DNA of 64,000 nt, taken from positions 137,057,323 through 137,121,322 of the forward strand of contig NC_068984.1 of NCBI RefSeq assembly GCF_001194135.2, read 5' to 3'. Shown piece after piece: positions 25,282-40,476 of this stretch; position 1 is the first letter of the stretch, and every line of letters begins with the position of its first letter. Source of the DNA: Octopus bimaculoides. Taxonomy: Eukaryota. Made by a program: the position numbers and the translations under genes. Below the pieces are notes generated by a model. The model ran no database searches and was not told where the DNA came from. It saw only the letters and a list, made by a program, of their open reading frames with translations.

Positions 25282-28200
25282 GGGTCACAGATTGACTCCC
25301 ATGACGGTGACATTGCCAGCGCCACAGATTGGCTCCAGTGCCGGTGGGATGTGAAAAGCACCATTGGAGCGTGATCATTGCCAGCGTCGCCTTACTGGCA
25401 CGTGTGCCAGTGGCACATGAAAAACAACATTCAAGCGTGGTCATTGCCAGTGCCACCAGACTGGCTCCCGTGCAGGTGGCACGTAAAAACACCTTTTGAG
25501 TGTGGTCGTTGCCAGAACCACCTGACTAGCCCTCATACCGGTGGCACGTAAAAAGCACCTGCTACACGCTCGGAGTGGTTGGCGTTAGGAAGGGCATCCA
25601 GCTGTAGAAACTTTGCCAGATCAGATTGGAGCCTGGTGCAGCCATCCGGTTCACCAGTCCTCAGTCAAACCATCCAACCCATGCCAGCATGGAAAGCAGA
25701 CAATAAACGATGACAACAGTGATGACAATGATGATGTGCCAGTGACATGTAAAAAGCACCATTCGAGCGTGGTCATTGCCAGTACTGTGTGACTGGCCCT
25801 CGTGCCGGTGGCACATAAACAGCACCCACTACACTCTCGGAGTGGTTGGCACTAGGAAAGGCATCCAGCTGTAGAAACCTTGCCAGATCAGATTGGAGCC
25901 TGGTGTAGCCTCCTGGCTTGCCAGCCCTCAGTCAAACCGTCCAACCCATGCCAGCATGGAAAGCAGATGTTAAACAATGACGAAGACAGAAACTAAATGG
26001 CTGAGAGTATTAGTTAGTCCTGTTAAAACTTCCCTGGTGTTGGTGTCTTGATGAAATGCACCCAATACAGGGTATGAGGTGGCTGGTAGCAGAAAGGCCA
26101 TTCAGTTGCGGAAACCATGCGAAAATGAAACATAAGAGTGGTATGTGATGCCCTGGAACATCTAAGGAGAGCAGCATCTTCAAATAACAACTGACTTGAA
26201 CTGTGAGAACCCATCCAATTCATGGCAGCGTGGAAAGAAGATAGGTGGTGGTGGTGGTGGTGGTGGTGGTGGATGGTGTCAGTGAGAATAGTGATGATGG
26301 TAGTGGTGGTGGTGGTAGTGATGGTGGTGATGGTGGTGACAATGATAATGATAGTGGTGATGGTGGTGGTGGTGGTGTTGGTGGTAGTAGTAAGAATGGT
26401 GATGAATGATGATGACAACAATGGTGGTGGTGGTGGTGGTGGTAATCATGGGCGGGGGGGGTTCGAGCGAACCAAACTAGATGTAAACAGTACATTTTCC
26501 AACAATGCAACTGACCCCTATCCCTTGCATCATCATCATCATCATCATCGTCATCCTATCAAAAGAAATCCTTGTTATTGATATTGTCATAAAACAATGT
26601 AGTGTAACAAGTGCTAGAACCCAGAACTTCCATGTCACTTCAACACCTTACACTGTATTACACACAGAGAGAGAAAGAGAGAAACAGAGACAATGTTCTG
26701 TTATTACAAAACATCAAAGACTACTTTTATTTAAAGTATTGTTACTCCAAAAGAACAAAAAAAAAACTGATATTTTTTACCTATTTTTTTATTTACCTTG
26801 GTATGTTTTTAGAAACAGCCTCAACATTTAAACAATTTTGTTTACAAATACCATAGCTGTAAGAAGTTCCAACACCAACTTCAAGGCATTACTTTGTTCT
26901 CGTCAAAGAAACTTTTGCTTAGACTTATCTAATGTCTGTCAATGTGACAATAATCATGGTTCTCAAATACTTTATCAGTGTCATTAACACCCATACTGTT
27001 GCTACCACTACTGCTGCTTTTATTATTATTATTATCATTACTATTATCATTATTATTATTATTAAGCTGGCAGAATCGTTAGCAGGCCGGGCGAAATGCT
27101 TAGCAGTATTTCATCTGTCTTGATGTTCTGAGTTCAAATTCCGCTGAGGTCAACTGACCTTTCATCCTTTTGGGGGTTGATAAAATAAGTACCAGTGAAA
27201 CACTGGCTCAATGTAATCAACTAGTCCCCTACCCCAAAAAATTTCAGGCCTTGTTCCTGTAGTAGAAAGGATTATTATTATTATTATCATCATTATCATT
27301 ATTATTAATATTGAGTGAGAGAGCCCATTATACCCATCATGACTACCCGTCTGATAAGGGTACACCAGGCACATGCATCACTATTATCATTATTATCATT
27401 ATTATTATTAAGGTGGCAAGCTGGTAGAATCGTTAGCATGCTGGGCGAAATGCTTAACGGTATTTTGTCTGCCACTAAATTCCGAGATCAAATTCCACTG
27501 AGATTGACTTCGCTTTTAATTCTTTCAATTAAATAAGCATCAGTTCCCGAGCTGTTCTTGTAACAAAATTTGAAATTATCATAATTATTATTATCATCAT
27601 CATCATCATCATCGTTTAACGTCCGCTTTCCATGCTAGCATGGGTTGGACAATTTGACTGAGGACTGGTGAAACCGGATGGTAACACCAGGCTCCAATCT
27701 AATTTGACAGAGTTTCTACAGCTGGATGCCCTTCCTAACGCCAACCACTCAGAGAGTGTAGTGGGTGCTTTTACGTGTCACCCGCACAAAGGCCAGTCAG
27801 GCGGTACTGGCCACGGCCACGCTCGAAATGGTGTCTTTTATGTGCCACCCGCACAAAAGCCAGTCCAGGGGCACTGGCAACAATCTCGCTCGAAAACCCT
27901 ACGAAGGCCAGTCAGGCGGCACTGGCAACGGTCAGGCTCAAAAAGGTGCATCTTATGTGCCACCCGCACAAGAGCCAAGGTGGCAGAATCATTAGCACAC
28001 AAGGCAAAATGTTTAGTGGCGTTTCATCTGCCTTTACGTTCAGGCGACTGAATTTATTGACCCTGAAAGGATGAAAGGCAAAATCGACTTTGGCGGAATC
28101 TGAACTCAAAACGTAAAAGACAGACGAAATACCGCTAAGCATTTTGCCCAGCATGCAAACATTTCTGCCAGTTGGCCACTTTAGATATACAGATAGAGGC

Positions 28201-28647
28201 ACACATACATATACACGAGAGCAGTTCAGAAAATGATGCAAATATATGTGTGTGAGGGTACATGACCTAGTGGCTAGGATGTTGCACTCACAATTGGAAG
28301 CTCATGGTTTCAATTCCTGCTCAGGAAACACTGATTTGATGGAGGGAGTGAGCTAATGTAGAATATATACATTTGAACACAATAAAAAGATCATTTGAGT
28401 AAGTCGTTCACAAAAACTGAACTCTCGTACGTTGTCTTCGACAAGAGATTCCATCATGTATGTATGATATCACAGTATCACAGAATCAACCAGCCCATCC
28501 AATGTTGTTATATACCTTGCTGGTCACAGTGCGCTTCCACTTCTGTTTTTATTGCACCATTCTTATCAATCTTGACCGAAATTGCTTCTCTAAATCATCT
28601 TCTCATTGTTGTGGAGGCTTTCCAAGAGGCCTTTTCTAATCTCTTGG

Positions 28648-28682
<35 letters not shown>

Positions 28683-29771
28683 GCACACACACATATACGT
28701 ACGTACACACACACACGCGCATACATATATACATCTAAATGATGATGATGATATATTAAATGTACATCCATACACACCATACACACACACATATATATAT
28801 ACATGTAGACATACATACATTTACAAACATACATATGTATACATGCATTAGTACACATGCGAATCAAGTCTTCCATGAGGCGTGTGGTATTAAAACCACA
28901 ACTGTAATGTAGTTTTAGTAGTTTTCCACGAAGTTCTTTATTTTCTTTTTCTTTTTTTTTTCTTCTTCCAAACTGCTGATTTATCTGTTTAACATAAAAT
29001 AAAATCTGCAATTTGGACAAACTTGATGGAAAAGTACTAAAACTACATTACAGCAATGTTTTCTTCCTTTTTTTCTTTCTTTCTTTTTTTTTTTTTTTTT
29101 TTTNNNNNNNNNNNNNNNNNNNNNNNNNNNNNNNNNNNNNNNNNNNNNNNNNNNNNNNNNNNNNNNNNNNNNNNNNNNNNNNNNNNNNNNNNNNNNNNNN
29201 NNNNNNNNNNNNNNNNNNNNNNNNNNNNNNNNNNNNNNNNNNNNNNNNNNNNNNNNNNNNNNNNNNNNNNNNNNNNNNNNNNNNNNNNNNNNNNNNNNNN
29301 NNNNNNNNNNNNNNNNNNNNNNNNNNNNNNNNNNNNNNNNNNNNNNNNNNNNNNNNNNNNNNNNNNNNNNNNNNNNATATATATATATATATAGACACAC
29401 ACAAACCTCATATATATATATATATACATATACGCAAACACACACACACACATATATATATATACACATATAGACACACAAACATATATATATATATATA
29501 CATATACACACACACACACACAAACACATATATATATACACATATAGACACGCAAACCGCATATATATATATATATATACATATACACACACACACATAT
29601 ATATACACATATAGACACACAAACCTCATATATATAAATATACATATACACACACACACACTCATATATATATATATATATATAGACATGCATATGCCCA
29701 TATACACAGAGAATTACTCTCACAAACCTACACACATGCAATGAAAATCTTTTCTTTTCAAATTCTTGTCT

Positions 29772-29807
<36 letters not shown>

Positions 29808-30243
29808 TCCTTTCCTTCCCCTTCTCCTTCTCTCTCTCGACTGAATCCATTCAAACCAAACAAAATTTAACTGAATAAAGACATTTTTCCTTTCCTAATT
29901 AATTTGAAAATGGCCGTCTTAAGGAAATTAATTAAAAACAGAAGATTAAATGGTTTTGGCTGTTGTGTTAGAGTTTTAGCACACACAACCATTTTCTAAA
30001 GCAGGATGGCATAATGATAAACAGCAAACCTGATTGCTATTTGTTAGAGAAACATCTTTGTTGTCTTCTTCTCGTCAGTGCTCAATTAACTGATCTGCAG
30101 AGCGAGGTCAACTGCGGGCAACTACCTGATGACATATTGACAATCGGATATAAGGTGAGGGTTAAATGTAGAGTGAACTCGCAAAGATCAGTTTGCTATG
30201 AGGATCACCTCATTACATCCCCATGCTGGAGCACTCCTTTTAG

Positions 30244-30279
<36 letters not shown>

Positions 30280-32680
30280 GTTATTATTAACTTTTTGTTT
30301 TTTTGCGGATGTATGGTGAGGCAGTTTGTTGTAGCTGTTATTTAGCATATTTAAGACCATGTTGGGGCACTGCCTGAGATTTTGCTGTCTTTTGTCTTTG
30401 GTGTAGTCATCATCATCATCTTCATCATCATCATCATCATCATCATTATTATCGTCATCGTTTAACGTCCACTTTCCATGCTGGTATGGGTTGGATGGTT
30501 TGACTGAGGACTGGCAAGCCAGAATGCTGCACCAGGCTCCAATCTCATCTGGCAAGGTTTCTACAGCTGGATGCCCTTCCTAACGCCAACCACTCCAAGA
30601 GTGTAGTAGGCGCCTTTTACATGCCACTGGCACCAGACCCAGTCAGGCAGCACTGGTATCGATCAAGTTTGGATAGTGCTCTTTACGTGCCACCAGAACC
30701 GGAACCAGTCAAGGGGCACTGGCATCAGCCACATTCGGATGGTGCTTTTTATGTGCCAATGGCACAGGAGCCAATCAGGGGGTCAATGGTATCGATAACG
30801 TTCAGATGATGCATTTTACATGTCACTGGCACAGGAGCCAAGTCAAGGGGCACAGAAATATGCTGCTATTTTGTATGTATGTGTGTGATATTGTGTCTTT
30901 ATAGTTTGTATCACTAATTTTGGATCAGTAAGTTGGCAAGGTTCACTGCAGGGTCCAGTCCTTGTTACAGTGTGATTGTTCGTCTGCTTCAATAAACCTG
31001 AGGGCAATGCCAGAGGAGCACAAGCTCCTGGCGAGGTCCCCCCATGTAGGGCAGATCAAAGGATTGAGACTAGAGGTAAAAATAAGTTTGCAAAAAACCC
31101 AATACTTCTAACTAGAAAAAAAAAAGCAAAATTACAGAAGCATTGATGACAATTCAGACCAACAAAACGTGGGAGAGGAAGGCCCTTCCCTCAGAGAAAG
31201 ACAGCCCTAAATCAAGAACATAGAAAAATCATTGGTGGCCTTTACTCCTTATGGAGTGGAAGTCTTATGCAAGTAATTCAGCAGGGTGCTGCTCTGCCCT
31301 AGTTAAAACTGTTTATAACATTTTTTCAGAATTGGAGAATGGAACAATGGAAGGAAGTTCCTCAAAGAATCCTTTAAAAATCTCAAGAAACTTTCAGTGA
31401 GTTCTGGCCATGGGGAAATATTACCTTGCTTCGAAACAGGTGAGGGCTGGGTGACGAGAAGGGCACCCAGCTGTAGAAAATCTGCCTCGGCAAATTTCAT
31501 CTCGCTCATTCAAGTATGGAAAAGCGGATGTGAAATCGATGATGATGATGATGATCGTCCCCTCTATGTTGGCCCGCGTGGGTAATAAAAAAAAAAAACC
31601 AGATGATAATGATGATAGAGGGTCTCTCACTGATACAAGGGCATAGTGTACTTGTGTCCGTACACTGTTGAAATAGAGATCTTGAAGGGGGAAAAAACAT
31701 TAGACGGCTACCAATAAAATTGTATAGATGTAGTCCAGCTTAACTGGAGAAAAGCCAAATACAGTTGTAAATCACCACAAGAGAGTCAATAAGTTGCAGC
31801 AAGTTGGTAGAGATGTATGCTGAATAATAGTATAATGTAAACAGCAGGGATAGAAAAAGCAGGCCTGATATATTTCAAGAGTGACAAGCAGACAAAGCAG
31901 AGAAATATGTATTGTCCTAAAGAATTAGGGGAAACGTGAATTCAGAATAGAAAAAGGTTATTGTAGTTGTAGTAGAAGAAGTAGAAGAGAAGAAAAAGTT
32001 GTATGTAGGAGACAGTGGTGGCAGAGATATGTTGAAAAAGTCATTATTATTTAGTAAAAAGCCTTTTTGTAGATGCAGGCTTGGATGTTTGTGTGTGTAG
32101 TAAAAGCATTTTTACAAATATCTGAGCAGTATTTTAATGTGAGTTACATTTATGGGTCAAGGGAAGCTATCATATGTGTAGAACCGACAGAGATCTAACC
32201 AGTTAGTTAACATAAAATAGCTGAAGGTTCGTGAGGCAAGAGGTTGTTACGAGATACGATGATGCGTGCAGGCTGTCTTCATTTAAGCAATGTCATTGAT
32301 GGGAGAAATGGATAAAAGCGAATTTATGAGGTGAGCAAGAGTTTTAGGGTGTTTTAGAGAGGTGGTGCTATTAGTTAGATAGATGAAGAAATGAAAATAC
32401 TAAAAGAAGTAGACACTTCAGAAAAGCAAACAATTTGGCTTTCATGCTAGCTGTGTTTGTGGAGGAAATGTTGAAGAGTCAGGAAGAGTGGTGCTCTTTG
32501 AAGTCATTGAGGCCGATGACTTCAGAAACGGTATTTATCTTCTATTATGGCTTTCAGTAATTGTCATCAACAACATCTCGTCTTTAGTTTTACGAAGATT
32601 TTCCAAGCTGGCATGGGTTGGAACCCTAACTTGTCACAGTCAATATCTGTTTTCTTATTTGGAGTTTCTGTTATCCTAGA

Positions 32681-32713
<33 letters not shown>

Positions 32714-33645
32714 NNNNNNNNNNGGGTCCTTTGTCTTGGCAACACATAATGGTTGTAAATGAGCGTCACTATCATACAAGTGATGTCATTCATTTCCAGT
32801 CTTCTGTGAAAAACAAAGTCTGCCAATGGAGAAATATTACCTTGCTTTGAAATAGGTGAGGTTGGCAACAGGAAGGCCATTAGGTCATAGAAAATCTGCT
32901 CTCTACATGTATATGACTATTATGAATGTATCATATTTGTAATATTGTTCATCATCATCATCATCATCGTTTAATGTCCGCCTTCCATGCTGGCATGGGT
33001 TGGACGATTTGACTGAGGACTGGCGAACCAGATGGCTACACCAGGCTCCAATCTGATCTGGCAGAGTTTCTACAGCTGGATGCCCTTCCTAATGCCAACC
33101 ACTCCGAGAGTTTAGTGGGTGCTTTCATTACTAATAATAATATTTATATTCTTAATGTATTTTTTATATTGTAATGAAACATGTGTAATATAGAATTTAA
33201 AATATACCAAATTTTCCAGTCTTTGTTTTAATGTATGTATGTATGTATCTATCTATCTATCTATCTATCTACCATAATAATAATTTCAAGTTTTATTTGA
33301 ATAACAATCATATCCAGACTAAGTACAATAAACAAATGCAGCAACAGGAACAAATATACAAAAGTTTATAAATAAAATAACATAAATAAGCAAAGCATCT
33401 ACTCATTAACAAATCACAAGTCATGGCCATTAAAGAGTCAATACCACGGTATAAAAAAACGAGATATTTAACAAAACTAAAGTGGCAGTGCTTTTATATG
33501 TCACTAGATCAACAGAGATACATAAAGTACATTTTCTCAAAAGAGAATGTAAAACTAGCAGCAAAGCCTGAAACCATCCCCATAACCATCCAGAAGTCAT
33601 ACCGTTAAAAAAAAAAATAAAATAAAAAAAAAAAANNNNNNNNNN

Positions 33646-33679
<34 letters not shown>

Positions 33680-34186
33680 TCCATTATTTATGTTCCACTT
33701 TTAAAGAGCAAGATTAATTCTTCATACAATCCACTCTACATGTATCCAAAGTCTGTTTATAACTTCTTTTCATGATCCTAAATATTCCCTATTGTATTTT
33801 AAACTGCTTACAGTGATTCTATTTATGTTCAAACTGTGTTCCATCAATTGTTTGTGTCTCAAGATGTTTACGTCTCCAGTTATTGCCGCTTAACAATCAT
33901 GCGCTGCTTACAGTCAGACGTTTGTTTTTCACATCTCGTAATTTTTGGTCTTATCATTTACATCATACTAACTCCATCTGCAGTCACTTTGAATCTCTGA
34001 ACTATTTTCGAAATATACTAAGCGTGGCTGAATGACTTAGAGGCTTAATTCCCAACCAGGTGGTCTTGGATTCAGTCCAGTCCAGTTCTTGGCACCTTGA
34101 GAAAGTATCTTCCGCTATGGCTCCAAACTGACCAAAGCTTTGCATATAGAGTTTTAGATTTGGTAGACAGAAACTAAAAGAAGCCT

Positions 34187-34234
<48 letters not shown>

Positions 34235-34240
34235 CGTGCA

Positions 34241-34273
<33 letters not shown>

Positions 34274-36705
34274 TGCCTTGTCTAGACATCACATGATGGT
34301 TATAAATGAGCATCATCATCATCATCATCATCATCACACAGGCAAGGTTGTTCGTTTCCAATCTTCTGTGGAAAAACTAGTCTAGCTATGAGAAAACATT
34401 ACCTTACTTTGAAACAAGTGAGGGTGGGTTGGTGACAGGAAAGGCATCCAGTTGTAGAAAAATAGGTTTCAACAAATTCCGTCTGACCCATGCAAGTACA
34501 GACAAGTGGACATCATATGACGATAGTGATGATGATGATGATAATGTATCACATTTAAAAGCTTCCATGCACAATGGTGAATTGACAGCGTCATTAGAGC
34601 ATTAGTTAGATTTCCTTGTGGTGTTTGTTCCAGCTCTCAGCAGAATGAGTTCAAACCCTACCAAGGTCAAATTAACCCTTTGTCCTTTTGGAGTCAACAA
34701 AAACAATAACAATCCAACATGGTGGACTGGCAAAAACATAAGGATGTCAGACCAGATACCTTGTGGTATTAGTTCTGATTTTTTTTTGCATATGGGATTC
34801 AGATCTCACCACAGCCTACTTAGATGATAAACTTGACCTATCACCTGACTTAATACCACCACCTAACACAAGATCATGGTTTCAATCCCTGGACTAAGTG
34901 GTGCATTGTGTTCTTGAGTGATTGCTCCAATAAAGGAGTTACCTTGTAGCAGACTGGTTCAGGGTAAACGTTGTGATCTTGGTCACTTATATGCCATGGG
35001 TAGCTGGTCCTATGAGCCCTAGGACTTGAGACAGTAGTATCTATAGGTTGATGATGATGCTGACTTTTTTGCAAGTATTTAGACCTGGTCTCAAGTTTGA
35101 GGATACCCCCCTCCTTTGCTTCCCATTAATCTTGGAAGTCCTATAAATGGTCACAGGTACTGCTTTTCCCTTAATTAAAACATAAAAAAGGAAAAAAAAA
35201 ACAAAAACAAAATAATCGTCATCACCATCATTTAACATTTGCTTTGCATGCTGGTATGGGTTGGACAGTTTGACAGGAGCTGGCTAGCAGGGAGCTGTCC
35301 AGATTCCAGTTGGCTGTTTTGGCATGGTTTCTACAGCTAGATGCCCTTCCTAACAGCAATCATTTTAGAGTGTATAGGATGCTCTTTACGTAGCACCAGC
35401 ACAAGAGTTATTTACGTAGTGCTGGCACGAGGGCTTTATACGTGGCACCGACACAGGTGCTTTTCAATTGGCACCGGCACTAGTGCTCTTTATGTGACAC
35501 CAATACGAGTGCTATTTACATGGTGCCACCACAGGTGCTTTTTACACAGCACCAGCGTGGATGCTTTTGATGTAGTGGCGGCAAAGATGGTTTTTATGTG
35601 GCGCCAGGACACAGGTGCTTTTTATGTGGCACTGGCAAGGAAATGTAAATGTTTTTTTGAAAGCCGACTGTACTCAAATGATATTTATAACTTCTAAGAC
35701 TAACAAACAAGCTTTATATCCTTATTTCCTTTCCAAAGTTTTTTTTTTAACATCAAAGTCCACAAAGCAAAAAAAAGAACACTAATATTCCAGCTGTTTG
35801 TCTTGGAGAAAAAGCGTGTTTCAATCACATGGGACCATTGTTGTTTGGCTTTCATTCTTTCGCTTCTCTCTACTGTACTTCTTCTTCCGTTTCTATTCCT
35901 CCTTGTACTACGGTATTTTATTCTGCAAAGCTGGAATGCCTCTTTGGAAAATCTCCATATTGAGCAAAACTTTGATTGGATTGCAAAAATAATTGTAGCG
36001 TAATGTTTAATGGCATCAGGGATGGTTGCCAACCTTGTCAGTAAGCTGTCCCTAAACCTATTACTTCAACCTAATTTCCTTAGGGAAATTAACTTTTCAT
36101 AGAAACTTGTTCTAACATAGCACATTGTCTAGTCTGTCCTTTTTTTTTTTTTATATATATATACATATAACTACATATATGTATACATATATATACATAG
36201 ATATACACATATATATATACATGCAAATACACACATACTAATACATACATATATATATATNNNNNNNNNNNNNNNNNNNNNNNNNNNNNNNNNNNNNNNN
36301 NNNNNNNNNNNNNNNNNNNNNNNNNNNNNNNNNNNNNNNNNNNNNNNNNNNNNNNNNNNNNNNNNNNNNNNNNNNNNNNNNNNNNNNNNNNNNNNNNNNN
36401 NNNNNNNNNNNNNNNNNNNNNNNNNNNNNNNNNNNNNNNNACACACACACACACACACAGATTCTCCCCACAGTCAGTCTTCTGAATTACATTTCCACCC
36501 CAACCTTTAGTCTTTACTCACATGCTCTTGCTTGCACTCTCTCTCTCTCCCTTCCTCCCCATCTATCTATCTATTTATCTATCTATCTATTTATCTATCT
36601 ATCTATTTATCTATCTATCTCTATCGATTTATTTATCATCTGTCTATCTATCTATCTATCTTACCCCACACACATACAAACATACGCAATTCACACACAC
36701 ACAAA

Positions 36706-36760
<55 letters not shown>

Positions 36761-36906
36761 TCTCTCTCCCTCTCTCTCCCATAAGAAGATTCTCTTTCTG
36801 CCGAGATTTCTTCATTTATAACAGCAATTTATAATTATCATCACTTATCTTCAGCCAAAACTTCAATTCTCTATTACTACTACTATTACTATTATTATCA
36901 TCATCA

Positions 36907-36941
<35 letters not shown>

Positions 36942-37860
36942 GTTGTTGTTGTTGTTGTTTAGCTTGTTCTTATTGTTCATGTTATTTATGTTGCTATTAA
37001 GTGCTTTTAGTTGTTTTTCATTTGTTGTTAGCCAGACTGGTCAACTACGTTAATAAATGACTTCTAAGTCCACCCTGACTTCCGACACCCTGCAGCCACC
37101 ACCTACTTTAATTTTTAACAGGGGAGAGGGCAGGATGGGTTTCATTTCTTGGATTCTGACTAGCCACTGTAGTTTTAGTTAGCCAAAGACATACACAATT
37201 CACTGATAATGCCATGGTTTAATGTTCTTTTAATTGAATGAATGAAATGAACTGTTCGAGATTTCATTTCATTATACGTTTCCAAAATTTAAAACATTCG
37301 TTCATTCTTTTTTAGTCCTTTTTAAATTTTTTTTTTGGTTTTAGTTTTTTGCCTTGTTTGCCCATATTTTTGTTTCTATTTCATTTATTTCATCTAATTC
37401 ATTTTTGCTCAATTCTAAATGACTAATTTAGATAGATACTGGTGCCAAAGATGGTACAATGTAGGAGACAAATGTGTATGAAGAATACTGATCACAGCAG
37501 CTACTTTTAACTACATTCGGATGCCACCCGTTTCGTCTTACCATCTCCTAAACGAAATCATCATCATTTCCTACAGCCAGGATGCCCTTCCTGTTGCTAA
37601 CCCTTACTTGTTTCCAAGCGCGGTAATATTCTGCTTCTGCAGAATATACTCTTTTATTCTTTTACTTGTTTCAGTCACTTGACTGCAGCCATGCTGGAGC
37701 ACCACCTTTAGTTAAGCTAATCGATCCCAGGACTTATTCGTTGGAAGCCTAGTACTTATTCTATCGATCTCTTTTGCTGAACCGCTAAATTACGGAACGT
37801 AAACACACCACCATCGGTTGTCAAGCAATGCTGGAGGGACAAACACAGACACACAAACAT

Positions 37861-37891
<31 letters not shown>

Positions 37892-40084
37892 CATATATAC
37901 GACAGGCTTCTTTCAGTTTCCGTCTACCAAATCCACTCACAAGGCTTTGGTCGGCCCGAGGCTATAGTAGAAGACACTTGCCCAAGGTGCCACGCAGTGG
38001 GAATGAACCCGGAACCACACAGCCACTTACCACACAGCCACTCCTGCACTTACAGGAAACAAATGACATTCATTTCCAACATTACACGATGTCGAAGCAA
38101 CGAGACACAGACATAAGCACACTCATGCTTATGAGAAAGGATCTGCAAACACTGGGACCCACAGAAGGGACGACAGGGAACCAAGACTCCTGGCAGTTTG
38201 CTGTGCTTGAAAAGTGTTGTGGTGAGAGTCATTGACACTCCAGGCAGATTGGAGAATGGACTCTATCCGAAGTCTTATAATGAGTAGAGGTTGGCAGAAG
38301 TTGTTGAAGAGCTTTGCTAGGGGCCGGTAAGAGTCGGTGTGTTAGTTCTGCATTGAATTCGCAGCTGGATGCCCTTCCTAACACCAACCACTCCAAGAGT
38401 GTAGTGGGTGCTTTTACGTGCCACCAGCACGAGGGCCAGTCAGGCGGTAGTGGCAACGGCCATGCTCAAAATGGTGTATTTTATGTGCCACCTGCACAGG
38501 AGCCAGTCCAGCGGCACTGGCAACGACCTCGCTCGAATGTTTTTTCACGTGCCACCGGCACAAGTGCCAGTAAGGCGACGCTGGTAACGATCACGCTCAA
38601 ATGGTGCTATTTACGTGCCACTAGCACGGAAGCCAGACAGCTTCTCTGGCAATGATCACGCTCGGGCGGTGCTCTTAGCACTCCACTAGTACAGGTGCCA
38701 TCACGATTTCGATTTCACTTGCTCCAACAGGTCTTCGCAAGCCGAGTTTAGTGTCCAATGAAGGAAAGGTACACACACACATGAGTTGGTATGAGTGCTA
38801 GTCGTCGAATTTGGTTCGATTTTGATTTCACTTGCCCCAACAGGTCTTCACAAGTGGAGTTTAATGTCCAATGAAAGAGAGGTATGGTTAACCAAACTAA
38901 AATCATAGGAAATATAGAAAACATTGAAACCAAACAAAATCAATTGAGTTGAAAACTTTAGTGGAAAATGGAAAAAAAAAACTGACAAATTAAAACCAAA
39001 GGCCACTGGTGGTGCTCCAGTATGGCCACAGCCTTAGGCCTGAAGCATATAAAAGAATAAAAGAATAAAAGAATAAAAGCTAACTCAAACAGGATTTGAA
39101 CTTCCGACAATCAGGTAACAAACCATATAAAAATAAATGCATTTGCCTATTGTCTGCTGGTTACCTTTGCCATCCATTACCTATCGACATCATAGGAATG
39201 ATAGGGTAAAAATGAAGAAAACACGGCAAAATGCATCTACAACAACATCCACAGTCGGTGTTTAACCATTACCTCCACCACCACCACCACCACCAACATC
39301 ACAATCACTACCAACATCACCATCGCCAATGCCATCATCACCATCATCACCAACAGCATCTTCCAAGACTTCTTCTGTTGCAAATGTTTGACAACAGCTA
39401 ACTGTACTGAAGCTGAGTTAACCTCGGTGCAGAAATAACCGAAAAACTATAAACATGATAATGAGTTTCACACAATATGTCTAAAATGAATGGCAAAATG
39501 CTGTTAAGATTTCTTTGATACTCAGAGACAAAACAATAATAATAATAATAACAATAACAACAATAATAATAATAATAATAATAATAACAATGATAATAAT
39601 AATTATATGATATAATAAAATTATATAAAATATTAAATAAAAAAACAGCAAAGACGACAACAGTAAAAAGCAAGTAATTCGTGGAACGTTTTTTCTCTTC
39701 TCCCTAAACTTTACCTTCATGTTCTCTCTCTCTCTTTCNNNNNNNNNNNNNNNNNNNNNNNNNNNNNNNNNNNNNNNNNNNNNNNNNNNNNNNNNNNNNN
39801 NNNNNNNNNNNNNNNNNNNNNNNNNNNNNNNNNNNNNNNNNNNNNNNNNNNNNNNNNNNNNNNNNNNNNNNNNNNNNNNNNNNNNNNNNNNNNNNNNNNN
39901 NNNNNNNNNNNNNNNNNNNNNNNNNNNNNNNNNNNNNNNNNNNNNNNNNNNNNNNNNNNNNNNNNNNNNNNNNNNNNNNNNNNNNNNNNNNNNNNNNNNN
40001 NNNNNNNNNNNNNNNNNNNNNNNNNNNNNNNNNNNNNNNNNNNNNNNNNNNNNNNNNNNNNNNNNNNNNNNNNNNNNNNNNNNN

Positions 40085-40140
<56 letters not shown>

Positions 40141-40445
40141 AATACTTCCAGTCCCAAGAGATAAGGTAGTGTGAAGCAGAACAAAATGGAATTGGTACAA
40201 AACAATGGCATGAAACAGCAGCAACAGACTTACACATGAAGAGAGTTAATCAGTTACTTAACAGTGAGACTTATACAAGACCACCATCATCATCATCATC
40301 ATCATCACCAGCACCGAATACGCTACCAAAATCACAATGCCAACATCGACAGAATAATCCACACATTTCCATCATCATCATCAACATCACCACCATAGTC
40401 ACAACCTGAACCACCACCCCGGAAAAAAAAAAATCCTCCTCCTCC

Positions 40446-40476
<31 letters not shown>

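Noticed and set aside
35700-36060. Coding-looking stretch next to a GGTTGCCAACC hAT-like end
   Set aside because: No recognisable protein motif and no partner TIR or TSD visible before the gap.
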